Below, in pieces: positions 34,420-46,385 of a stretch of 64,000 nucleotides of DNA. Position 1 is the stretch's first letter. Every line of letters starts with the position of its first letter. Source of the stretch: Azolla caroliniana (lineage: Eukaryota > Plantae > Polypodiophyta); the NCBI GenBank assembly GCA_043228905.1, contig JBHGNT010000003.1, positions 8,370,001 to 8,434,000 on the forward strand, in the 5' to 3' direction. The position numbers and the translations under genes were made by a program. The notes beneath the pieces are model-generated. The model worked only from the letters and a program-made list of their open reading frames with translations. It did no database searches and had not been told where the DNA came from.

Positions 34420-34920
34420 TAACAATCGCCAACGGTTCGGTTTGATAGGGTCCAAACCGAACCGATTTGGAACCGAATTGTTAATATTTTTTTAAACCTG
34501 AACCAAAATGAACTGAACCACAAAACCGTTAAACATTTTTCAAACCGTTAAACCATTAAACCGTAAAACCCATGGTTTCGTGGTTCAGTTTCGGTTTTCA
34601 ACATATTTCAACATAGGTCAAATTTTTAATTTTTTAAAATTTATAATATTTCATTTTTTAAACTTTTTAAGTTGTTCCTAAAATGTGAGAATAAGTTCTA
34701 AAAATGAAAAGATTGTTTAAAAACAATTTTTTAGTTTTTTTAGATTTTATTTTTTTTAATTTAAAATTTTTACATTTTTTAAAAATAAAAAAAAATTGTT
34801 AAACCGTTTAAACTACGGTTTTTTATTGTTGAAACTGAACCAAACCATTGAAACCTTTAAGCCGTTAAACCGCGGTTTAGCTGTTCTGTTCGGTTCAAAC
34901 CGAACCGTTGCCGATTGTTA
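34420..34920. mobile_element. hAT-type MITE (501 bp)
   Basis: 26-bp TIR TAACAATCG(C/G)CAACGGTTCGGTTTGA. 8-bp TSD GCAATGAG/GCGATGAG. AAACCG subterminal motifs, AT-rich core. Confidence 0.88.
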
Positions 34921-35274
34921 GCGATGAGTCGGTTCTTCTTGAACGTCGACGTAAAACATAGCACACACGGATAGGCTAGATCGAGCTACCAAACCGCTCT
35001 GATACCATGTAAAGAATCGGATATGATTCTTGTGCAGTGGAAGAGACGTGTGTTATGTGTTGTGTGAGAGGAAACAAAGGAGAGAAGAGCAAGCACAAGA
35101 TAGATAGATGATGGAAAATGAAGTACTCAAGAAGAAAGTGTATTAACAAGGTGAATACCAATTACAAAATGTAGCATTACAAGGGAGGACCATCAACTCT
35201 ATATGAAGTAGGAGGAGGGTGCTTTATATAAGGTCGTCCTCTCTCTTCATTAACTCAGTACAATGTCCACTCTC

Positions 35275-35572
35275 TCTCTAGATCCTTGAGGAATGTAAAG
35301 ACTCATTAGTAATGGGGAATATGGAACTCATTAGTTATGTGTCATAGAATATGATTCTATGACACATAGTTAATGTGTAGAGAGTAGTGGTGTGACTTTT
35401 GACCTCTGAGTGCTCATAGATTCTCTAGATCCTTGAGGAATGTAAAGACTCATTAGTCATGGGGAATATGGAACTCATTAGTTATGTGTCATAGAATATG
35501 ATTCTATGACACATAGTTAATGTGTAGAGAGTAGTGGTGTGACTTTTGACCTCTGAGTGCTCATAGATTCTC
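35275..35572. repeat. 147-bp tandem duplication in LTR, each copy with a 15-bp perfect hairpin
   Basis: gatccttgagg at 35281 and 35428; TATGTGTCATAGAAT-atg-ATTCTATGACACATA. Confidence 0.9.
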
Positions 35573-36665
35573 AAAGGGTGTATTTACACACAAGGTTAGG
35601 TTGAGCTCAATTCTCAACATGAACAAACATGACTTGACCTTCAAATGGAGGTGAAGACTCGCGAGGTGAACGTAAAGAGGCAAAGGCTCACCCGTCGGCC
35701 GAAACTTACCACTCCATACTCACACACATACACGTGCGCGAGGGTGTAGTAATTATTTAACATAGGGTCGTTGTTAATCATGTAGGATTTGAAATGTATG
35801 ATTAAATAGAGAAGAAAGTTATTTCCTACAACAAAAGGGATTAACCAAATAATGCCACGAGAGTTATGGCTTTTACAAGGATTAGAAGCTTTAAACGAGA
35901 AGAATGATTGGAGGTTTAAGGTTCTGGTGAACATAAGTCAAGTAAATCATCGAGATCACAACTATTGCCGATGGCAGTGATGCCTCGATGTCGGAGACTT
36001 CGCGCTCCCTTCAACCATTTGTGTACGAGCTAGTTGAACCCTTCCTTGTAGTCGTCAACGTGTGTTGAGTTTGGTGGCGATGAAGGCCATGAAACCCTTG
36101 AAGTAGAAGAGGAGGTAGAGAAGAAGAAGTGAAAAATATGATGAAAAATACCTTAACGCCGAAAACTCCCAAAATCCAAAAGAAATACTCCTTCCTCTCC
36201 CCAAAAGTGGCGAAAAAAAGAACCCCTAAATAAGTTCACTTTCCCTCATTTTATAGGAAGAGAGGAGCCTTATTTCACATTCAATGCGTACCATGCCCCT
36301 CTTATACCGAGAATAAGAAAAGAATAATTCCTTTATACACACACTAGAAAGATTTGAACTCTATAACCATTTAGAGATAACGATTCTTATTATAATTTAT
36401 TTTTCATATACATGTATTTATAATATGTGATCCCTTTCTGCCTTTTTTTCCTGTTTTCTACCTTTTTTCATTTACATGTATCTATAGATTAACAAGGGGT
36501 GGGGAGAGGGGCACGTTGGTCAGCAAATCATCAACAAGCAATATTCTCTCGGAAGATCGAGGCTAAAAGGGAAGTGTTTCCACTCTCCTCCAAGTAGTCT
36601 TGACCGTCAAGGAAAGCAGGTCCCTACAATACGTCCCCATGCGTTGACCATTCTCCCCATTCTGT

Positions 36666-36795
36666 TGCTTGCTTTCTACGTGATTAATGCTTGCTTTCTA
36701 CGTGATTAATGCTTGCTTTCTACATGATTAATGCTCGCTTTCTACATGATTAATGCTCACTTTCTACATGATTAATGCTTGCGTTCTACGTAATG
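36666..36795. repeat. 22-bp tandem repeat (5.5 copies) upstream of AAC copy 1
   Basis: TGCTTGCTTTCTAC(G/A)TGATTAA. Confidence 0.9.
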
Positions 36796-37190
36796 AATAC
36801 GGTCAAGGTCAAAGTCAAGGCCTCATGAAAATATTGGTCCAAAAGTAAAAAAGGCAATGAATGGGTGGTGGTAGTGAGTGAGTTGAAGTTCCCTTCTTGC
36901 CATTGCATTGCTTGCTTTCTACGTAATGAGAATGGTCAAAGTCAAAGTCAAAGTCAAAGTCAAGGGCAACGAAAAGTCAAAAAGGTCATGCCATGGTAGT
37001 AGTGAGTGAGTTCCCTTCTCTCTCTCTCTCTCTCTCTGCATGGTCTCTTCAAATTCTCTGAAGCTCTCTGTCTGCCGCCATAGCCGGATTCTTCAGTGAT
37101 CTCTCTCTCTCTCTCGTTCTCTCTGCGTGTTTTCTTCAAATTCTCTGAAGCTCTCTCTGTCTGCCGCCATAGCCAGAATCAAGCTCTCTG

Positions 37191-37240
<50 letters not shown>

Positions 37241-37583
37241 GATCAGAGAAAGAATCCTCTCGCTACGACTGTAGTATTTCTGATTATACAGGTTTGTCTT
37301 CCTTCCTTTCTTCTCATTCTTCTACTGTAAATTGCCTTCTTTTCCCCAACTGAAAAATGAACGATTTGTATCTCGCCTATGCATAGCTTCTTCCATGAGG
37401 AAAGGAATTTTGCTTTCTTGCTGTATAATCCATATATACACAGTGTGCTCACTCACACTGGCTTCTTAATCAGAAAGAAGAAGAAAGGCTTTCCCGATCA
37501 TGGCTACTTATTACTAACAGAGTTTTGATTTTTTTTTCCCGAATTTGTTTGCCCTTTATCTGTAAAGTGAGAGAGACAACAAA

Positions 37584-40011
37584 ATGGTGCAGGAGAGGAC
37601 ACAGAAAGCCTCCATGATTCCTCCCCAGCTTTCTGGATATGGATATGCATATGTGGTATCGAAGCAGCTTTCGGAGAACAGATCGGGTGGGTATGGATCT
37701 AACCCTAGGGCAACCTATCCATTCGAATCGAGGAAAGATTTACCCTCGAAGATGATAATGGGATCAACATCATCACCATCATCATCTTCTTCTTCTTCGG
37801 CAGGATTTCCGCAGAATCCGGTGTTCATTGCGGCCCCAATAGACAAGAAAGGGCCGTATGCATTCGCGGTAGATTTCTTGATGGGGGGTGTCTCGGCCAC
37901 GGTCTCGAAGACTGCGGTGGCTCCGATGGAGCGCGTGAAGCTCTTAATCCAGAACCAGGATGAGATGATCAAGGCCGGGAGGCTCCAGGTCCCGTATAAG
38001 GGTATCTCCGATTGCTTCAAGCGCACCGTCCAGGAGGAAGGTTTCATGTCCTTGTGGCGCAGCAATGGGGCCAATGTCATCAGATACTTCCCTACTCAGG
38101 TTCTTTCTTGATCACCTGTTCATTCCCAAAAGCAAGTCAAGTCACATTGATTGATTGGAGCTTCTTAAAAATTTTAATAGTGGTTATTTAGATCATGTCA
38201 CATTGGTTCTTAGGCTTTTTCCCATTGTATATGTCGATGCAATCCAGAGGGAGGGTCCTTGCATGATTCTTTGTAATGCAGCATTATTCATCCCCAAGGT
38301 CTTTGAATTCTTTGTTGCAATGTAGCATTTCTTGGCATGGTAGGTCTAATTCTTGGTGGTAATGTAGCATTTCATGGCATGGTAGGCCTAATTCTTGATT
38401 GTAATATAGCAGCATTCATTCGTCCGAGGTCTTTTGCATTCTTCATTGTAATGCAGAATTCATCCCTGAGGTTTTTGCATTCTTGGTTGTAATGTAGCAT
38501 TTCATGGCATGGTAGACCTAATTATTGGTTGTAATAAAGCAGCATTCATTCATCCAAGGTCTTTTTGCATTCTTCGTTGTAACGCAGAATTCATCCCGAG
38601 AACTTTGCAATCAGCATTCATGGCATGGTATGTCTAATTCTTCATTGTAACGCAGCATTCGTCCGAAGTCTTCTGCATTCTTCATTGTAATGCAGACTTC
38701 ATCCCAATGACTTTGCATTCTTCATTGTAACACATCCATCGATCAACCACTTTGCATTCATCTAAGAATTTTGCATTCTTCATTGTAACACATCCATCAA
38801 TTGACCACTTTGCATTCATCCAAGGTATTTGCATTCTTCATTGTAACACATCCATCGATCAATCACTTTGCATTCAGCTAAGGACTTTGCATTCTTCATT
38901 GTAACACATCCATCAATGACCACTTTGCATTCATCTGAGGATTTTGCATACTTCATTGTAACACGTCCTCCATCAATCTACCACTTTGCATTCATCGGAG
39001 GTCTTTGCATTCTTCATTGTAACACATCCATCGATTCACCACTTTGCATTCTTCTTCTTTGTAACGCATATCCACCAATCGATCCATCCACCACTTCGGT
39101 GGCACGAATGTACCACATTGTTAATTCTCATGTATTACATTTCCTTCTCTTTCTAGGCTTTTAACTTTGCATTCAAGGACTACTTCAAGAAGTTGTTCAA
39201 CTTCAAGAAGGATCGTGATGGGTACTTGAAGTGGTTTGCCGGTAACTTGGCGTCGGGCGCCGCTGCCGGCGCGTCTTCTCTCCTTTTCGTGTACTCGCTT
39301 GACTACGCGCGAACCCGACTTGCCAATGATGCCACATCCGTCAAGAAAGGTAGCGGAGAGAGACAATTCAATGGTCTTCTCGATGTATACAAGAAGACCC
39401 TTGCCTCGGATGGTATTGTTGGGCTCTACCGAGGTTTCAATGTCTCTTGTGTCGGAATCATCGTTTATAGGGGTTTGTACTTTGGAATGTATGATTCGTT
39501 GAAGCCAATCCTCTTGGTCGGTAACCTCGAGGTAAGTGTAATAGTGATTAATATTTAGCTTATTACTCATGGTTTTGCATTCCTTTTTCCTTCAAATTAT
39601 TGAACATTATGTTGTGTTAAAAGTATTGGTATTAGTTAGACTCTTGAATTGTTTCTTTTTGGATCTTTGTAAATTATTTACATGGTTACAATTTTCCTTT
39701 ATTTGGGATTCTAGGACAATTTCCTCGCTAGTTTCTTGCTCGGATGGGGTGTAACAACCGGTGCGGGTCTTGCATCGTATCCCATGGATACGGTTCGGCG
39801 TCGTATGATGATGACATCTGGTGAGGCAGTCAAGTATACAGGATCCCTTGATTGTTTCAATCATATCATAAAGGTAGAGGGAGTCAAGTCTCTCTTTAAG
39901 GGTGCAGGTGCAAATATACTGAGAGCCATTGCTGGAGCTGGTGTCCTTGCAGGATATGATAGACTTCAGCTCATATTCTTTGGCAAGGCCTATGGCTCGG
40001 GAGGAGCCTAA
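37584..40011 (+). CDS. AAC: Mitochondrial ADP/ATP carrier, copy 1 (395 aa); exons 37584-38099, 39157-39531, 39715-40011; 5'UTR intron 37292-37567
   Basis: [18 protein letters not shown]|[26 protein letters not shown] signature. GT-AG junctions in frame. Confidence 0.93.
38260..39090. repeat. Degenerate minisatellite (~59-bp core) in AAC copy 1 intron
   Basis: tttgcattcttcattgtaac reiterated many times. Confidence 0.8.
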
Positions 40012-40314
40012 CTTATGATGCCAACTAGGAAGAGAATCAATGAATAAAGATGATAATGAATAAATTGTTTTACCAAACAAATTTTTGTAGGGACCCAAGT
40101 AGCACTTTATACAAGACAAACAAACACAATTATGTTATGCATCTTATGATTTTAATTGAAACAATACACGTGTCTTTCATTCGCGAGTAATCTCTCTATC
40201 TGTTTCACTCTAGGAGAGTCGGCATTAGCATGATTTAAGAATTTACCGACATACCAAGACATCACAAAACTAGAGCCATGTACTCCTACCTCCAAAGCTA
40301 GATAGTGTTATGTG

Positions 40315-40925
40315 TGTTAGGATCGTGACCGGCCACAACCGGTTCCTCATCCGTATTTTGGTGCAAAGAAACAAGCAAGATAATGCACAGACAGAAAAAC
40401 AGAAAACTCAAAGAGGACACAAGATGTTTTAACATGGAACATCCAAAAAGGGGAAAAAACCACGAGGGTTCACAAACCCTGAGAAACAAAATCACTATAA
40501 TCGAGAGGAAATACAATAGTGAGAATCTCAAGGCAATGACCTATGAGTTCTCCTTCGTCAGTTCAACAGTTGCAGAGTTACTCAGGCTCTTACTCATTCT
40601 TTCCCTCACTCAGTTACTATTACAAAGGCAACGACCTTGTCCCACTATGCAACAATAATAATGATCAACACTAATGATTCAACCCTACTAAAAAGTTTTG
40701 CCCTAGTTGTATATATACTTATACAACTTGCAGGCTATTTACATACATAGCCCCCTAAGGGGCACATTTAGACTATTTACAGATATAGTCTTCCGAATCG
40801 GTCATAAAATTGATTCTTTGAATTTCGATTTTGATTTCGGTTTCGGCCTCGGCCGAGTTTCCCACTTACTCCACCCAATTCGGTTCGTACTCTCCTTCCC
40901 ATCCAGAGGGACCTATTTCCCAACA
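40315..40925 (-). mobile_element. Solo LTR (611 bp, copia-like), TSD ATGTG
   Basis: TGTTAG...CAACA flanked by ATGTG at 40310-40314 and 40926-40930; orientation inferred. Confidence 0.82.
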
Positions 40926-42279
40926 ATGTGTTCCCTCTCCATAATTGGCAAATGTTTTACAAAAAGATGTAAGGACATGGATTCCTAGGAATCTTGACTA
41001 TACTTTTCAACCATAGCAATACAAGTAAATTAGATTGAATATAAAATTGTAACATTGTTAAAATCTAATTGACATGAAGTAGATTATGTTCAATATACAT
41101 AACTCATAGTGACATGCTTCTACCATAGATAATGGATATCACCAATTTTTATGGTCGAGTTATATCATACCACTATTCATTGATGTTGGAGCTTAGTCAA
41201 CAACCCATAAATCAATATGATGAGATGTCAAAGAAGCTCTTGTTCAGGTTCAATTCATTATTTTAATCATGAGGTTTTCCATAGATATGTGATACAACTA
41301 TAAGCTGAATTCACAAACTATGTTTAACTTGATAGTAGAGTTACACGGGAGGTGTTTCTTGCTAATGTACAAAATGTTTCTAGGTGTTAACGGAATCCAT
41401 AATGCCTCCTTAAGGAGAAAAAAGTTATGGTGACTTGATTGGATCGATAACTAGATGTAATGCATTGCTAGTTTATTGGCCAAGAGATAACGAATCACTA
41501 GAATTCAAATGCAAAATTATTACATGATTTTGAAATGCAAAATTATTTTGCAACCTCATTACATGATTTTCAAATGCAAAATTAATGCTACCTCATTACA
41601 TGATTTTCAAATGCAAAATCATTAGCGGGTCCATGGATGATGGGGATAAATGAATAAAGAAGTGGAAGATAACAATTCTCAAACATATTCCTTTTCTATG
41701 CAAGCTCTACAACAATCACAATTGTGAGGAATATTTTGCGGAACTATTTATTTCGTATTATATCATTGATGAAAATGTTGCACGTGATTGTAATGTCTTT
41801 ATGCAAGGAGTGAGAATTCAAGTATTACAAGTAGTTGCAAAGAGCCCTTAACACAAATTTTTACCACAAGTGAGGTGGAGTTGGTGATACCGCAATTCTC
41901 AAAGAATAAAAAACTTGGGTGTCATGGATTAGTGAATGAGTTCTTTAAGAAGTATGAGTTGTGTTGAAGAGACCGCACATTTTTGTCTCAACAAGTTTGT
42001 AGTTTGGTTCATATGTCTTAACTATGGAATGTTGGTTTAATAAAGTTATTCCATAATGTTCCATCTCCCTTACCTTTTCATCATTGGTGGTCCATATTGT
42101 TTGATGGGTTGTTTGACAATATTTTTCTAACGTCATCGCCAACAAGTTGTAGAAATACTTGTCCACAATTGTTACCTTGGCAGAGTATGGATTTAACATA
42201 AGAATGGATATTTTGCTTAGCAATGTAAGAGTACAATGGCCACATATTATGCTGAGGAGACTAGTTAGGAGTTAGCCAT

Positions 42280-42560
42280 GATACCATTAGATCTTGGAAA
42301 AGTGTATGATAATGTGAATTGGTTGTTTATGAGGGAATTAATGATTTATATGGGTTTTAGTGAGTAGATGCCAAGCTTTACATATATACTTTGCGTGAGG
42401 GGTCAAGGCCGCGCATGTCATGCTCAATGGAGGAATAAGACAACCCATCCCATGCTGGAAATTGGTTAGACAAGGATGTTTATTGAGTTCCTTATTGTTT
42501 GCAATTGTAACACATCCCATTTTAACAAGGTTTCATTGTTTAGTAATGTGGCAAGGGGGG
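42280..42560 (+). pseudogene. Old LINE reverse-transcriptase remnant
   Basis: LDLGKVYDNVNWLF and VRQGCLLSSLLFAI resemble the LINE RT motifs DxxKAYDxVxW and RQGCPLSP. Confidence 0.6.
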
Positions 42561-45500
42561 ATATTTTGTTACATAATGTGGCACTCCATCTTCCATTTAC
42601 AACTAAGGCATTCATGTGGAGGGCTATGATTAGGGGGTTTTACCCCTTGGAGATACCTCAAGAAAGTGGAATGTTGTTGGTGGAATTCCTACTAGAACAG
42701 AATAGGCGTCATTTTATTACTTGTTCATAGCAATAGCTATTTGACGATAAATGAGCCTCTAAATCCCCCATTTCAATGGGTCTTCTCATAGACTAGTTTT
42801 GGGTTTCCCTTCATTGCACTTTCAAATAGTTCTTCAGATATTTGAGAGTTATGGCTCAAATACAAAGTGGGTGCGAATAGATAAGATGTATTACTTTGGC
42901 TTTCTTCATAATTGGAAACCTAGGGGATGTTTTCATCTAAGCGGATCCCAAAATGTGAATCGGTAAGGCATCATATTTGTCATTGTGTTTGTCTTTTGTC
43001 TCATGGCCTCTCAAAATCTAGAGGAACTTGATTGAAATCCCACGGGTGTATCTCTTTGAGCTATCTATTATTATTTTTTCTTTTCATAATTGATACAAGT
43101 CTATCTACGTTAAAAGAAAGATATGGTGAAAAAAGAAACATATCTAAAGGTTTATCCATATAACTAGAACTCGTTGTTGTGGGTACATAAGAGTGAGATA
43201 ATGAATGATTTATCTACGATATTTGATATTTAGATGGCAAAACAAGAAATACAATAAACTTTTGCATTCGACCCTTGACCCATGATTATATTTTATTAAC
43301 ATACCACATTGTTGCTTTGATTATACTTAAGACAATTAGATATGACGTGTTTGTAAAATAGAAAAGGGTATCTTAAGGGAATTTGCAATGAAATTCGTAG
43401 TGGTTAAAGTTTCATTGAAAAGTGTCAATGACCTCTATCCTACCCAAGTGCTCTAAGGCCTTAATCAAATTTATAACCTAGGGTGATGACATCTTCCATG
43501 ATTGCCCATTGTCAACTTTACATATCAAAACATTCTCATCAACATGTAGAATTTATCTGAACCAATTCCATTTAGGAGCATGAGCTACATACATTATAAT
43601 TCTTCATGTAAGTTTCACAATTGAAAGTCCACATTGCATGAAAGATCTCATACTTGTATGCACTTTGTACTCCTCTAGTGGCATACAACTATCTTAAAAA
43701 TGCAAGGAGCTAATTCCTTATGCGTAACATGGAAACCATTCCATCATCTCTAATTCTCCCACAAGCACATTCCTTGTAAACCATCACATCATGACTTAAT
43801 CTTCCGTGGGTTATGCCTTAGAAGACCTACCAATTCAAATTGATCAATATCATCCTCAATTTGTAACCCAATCATGTAGTGGCTTGTGATTCTGATGTTG
43901 ACATTAACCTCTTTGAGAGTTCAAAAGAAACCAACCTCTATTTTCACATATTCATTATTCCTTAGAAATAAACATATTAATACGTGTGTGTATTCCAAAT
44001 TTAGTTTGGCTCAAAGAAGAAAACAGTCAAATGGTAGAAGCAATTTTGAGTTCCAAGTACATAATTTCACTCGAGAAATTTGCCTCTCTATACAATAGAT
44101 GATTATAAGTGCTTATAGGTAGGACAAAATATTCATTGATATTCGCTTGTGGTTGGGCCTACATTACTTCCAATTGTATTCTTCGTAAAGATTATGGTCA
44201 ATGCTCTTCAATCCAAATTAATCAATGAAGGTTTGTATAAAGGGATTTTATAGGAGGTTTACATTATGTTTTCATAAACAATTCAACTAGACACATGGAG
44301 GCTTCCATTATGTTTTCATGAACAATTCAACAAGACACATGGTTAAGGTCACTCAATTTTTTTACTGTAGATCTCTAATACTTTCTAGGGTTTCCTTACG
44401 TATAAATCTGACTAGATCTTTATATTCAGGCTCTTTACTTTTTATTGAGAAGTCGAAGGCAACTATGAGAGGCAAACTTGTGCGACATGTTGGAAGAAAG
44501 CTCAATGTCTTCATAGATTGCACAATACTATATACACGTAATCTTTTTATATGAGACTTGTCTTTTTAGTATTAGACATATCGAGAAACCATATACGTGT
44601 GTGAAAGAAACCATACAAAAGGCCCGGCCAGTGTGAACACGACGCCAAACCCTAGAATTATTATATACATCTTCTTTGTCTCTCTCCTTCGCCTTCCTTC
44701 CTTTTTTTCTCTTTCACTCTGTTTCACTCTCTCTCTCTTTCCTCTTGTGTCTTCTTCCTTCTTCCCTGCTTTGGAGCTCGCGGCCGCCATAGCCGGAGCC
44801 TCCACTACTGAGCTCATCCCAAACCCTGATCGTCTCACTCTTATCGTGTATGTGATTCTTATTCAGGTTTGTCTCCTCCCTCCCTCCCCATTCTCTGTGA
44901 GCCTTCTTGGCTTCCTTTACTTCGATCCTTCCGCCCCCTGTAATGCTCTTGTTTTCTAGTCGATTCAACGCCCTTTCTCTCGCTCGTGTAGCCGTTTTGT
45001 TGAATTTTGCTTCTCTCCTCGACGTTTCATGCGTAGTGCAGGCCTCTTTTATCAGAGGAAAAATGCAACCGAAAAATGATTCTTCTGCTTTTGACTGATT
45101 GAAGGGTTTTCCACTTTGATACCTCCTTGTTTCCTCTCGATTCTTCCACTGTAATGTTCTTGTTTTCTAACCAAAATGAACGGCATTTCTCTTGCTTGTA
45201 TAACTGCCTGTTGAATTTGCCTCTCTCCTGGAGGGTTTATGCGCAGTGCAGGATTCTTTTATCAGGAGGGAAAAATGCAACCTTAAAATAATGCTGTTTT
45301 GACTGATTCAAGTGTTCTCACTTTGATAACTCAAGTCGATCTTTTCGAACCCTGTTTCTCGATCTTTGCATTGCATGTATCAGAGATGTCCATATTTTTC
45401 TTCGTTTTCGAGTAATGTGTGATTTCTGTCTGTCTGGGAATTCGAATTGACTACCTAACGGGAATAGGCATGTAATGTTAAACACTGAGCTCCCTGAATC

Positions 45501-46385
45501 TTATAGAATGATTAGAGAAGAATTGGGGATATATTCGACATTAATGTAATGATAATATATTTTTCGAAATATGTGCTGTGTAGCTTCGATTCGGGAACGG
45601 AATCGAGCGTAATTCACGGACTTTATTTGTATAACAATTATCTACTCCGCTGATACATTTTTCGCAGTCTATGTGCAATCTCATATTTAGAATGTGTGAA
45701 ATGCGGTGTTTAGTTTTCGGTTAGTAAGAAATCCCCATTTTTTAGTCGATTAGTTCAGTCCAGTGGGAACCTCTAATGACTGAGTTTTATCTATGTTAGT
45801 GGATCTAATTCTCGATTCCGAAGAACATGAGTGTAAGATTGCGGATTGTGATTAAACCGACTAGAATGTATCTTTGTAGTTCATATCGTATTGAGAAGTT
45901 GTAGCAATTATTTCTCATGTTCACATCGTTACCACATTAAGTAGCGTATAATGTTTCTTTCGACTGAATCCTAATCTGTTTGTTTTATTTCCGAACACCA
46001 AAATCTCTTAGATCTCATCATTCATGGAATGATTTAGTGGGTTTAATGGCGCAGCAGGAGAGTAACTTCTCTTTTATCTTATTCCTTTCCAAATTGATGG
46101 TTTTCTCGACATAAAGACACAGTTCTTTTTTTATGTAATTGTTTTTTAATTTTTCTTAAAATGGTAGCTTTTCATGCCCTGCTGATTTTCTGCATGTTTG
46201 AACACATAGATGTAAGTGTCGATTAAAGTTAGTTTGAATTATTTTGCTTGAGAAGTTAAATACTTTTTCGTTTCGATTTCGAATTTATACGAATTTAAGT
46301 GCGTTTGGTTTGCTTTTAAAGAGTGGATTTCACACCATTTGATCTGATTTGTTTGAACTCACTACCCATCTACAGTGAGACATCA

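Larger units (their letters stand above)
33950..35619 (-). mobile_element. Truncated copia (CopB family): 5' LTR 35008-35619, iMet PBS 34996-35007, gag start
   Basis: TGTTGAG...TTTACA then TGGTATCAGAGC; MNTQMGSALPSEKLDRNNF. Confidence 0.85.

Noticed and set aside
44620-44626. Site II element in the AAC copy 2 promoter
   Set aside because: AGGCCCG does not match GGCCCA exactly; single copy.
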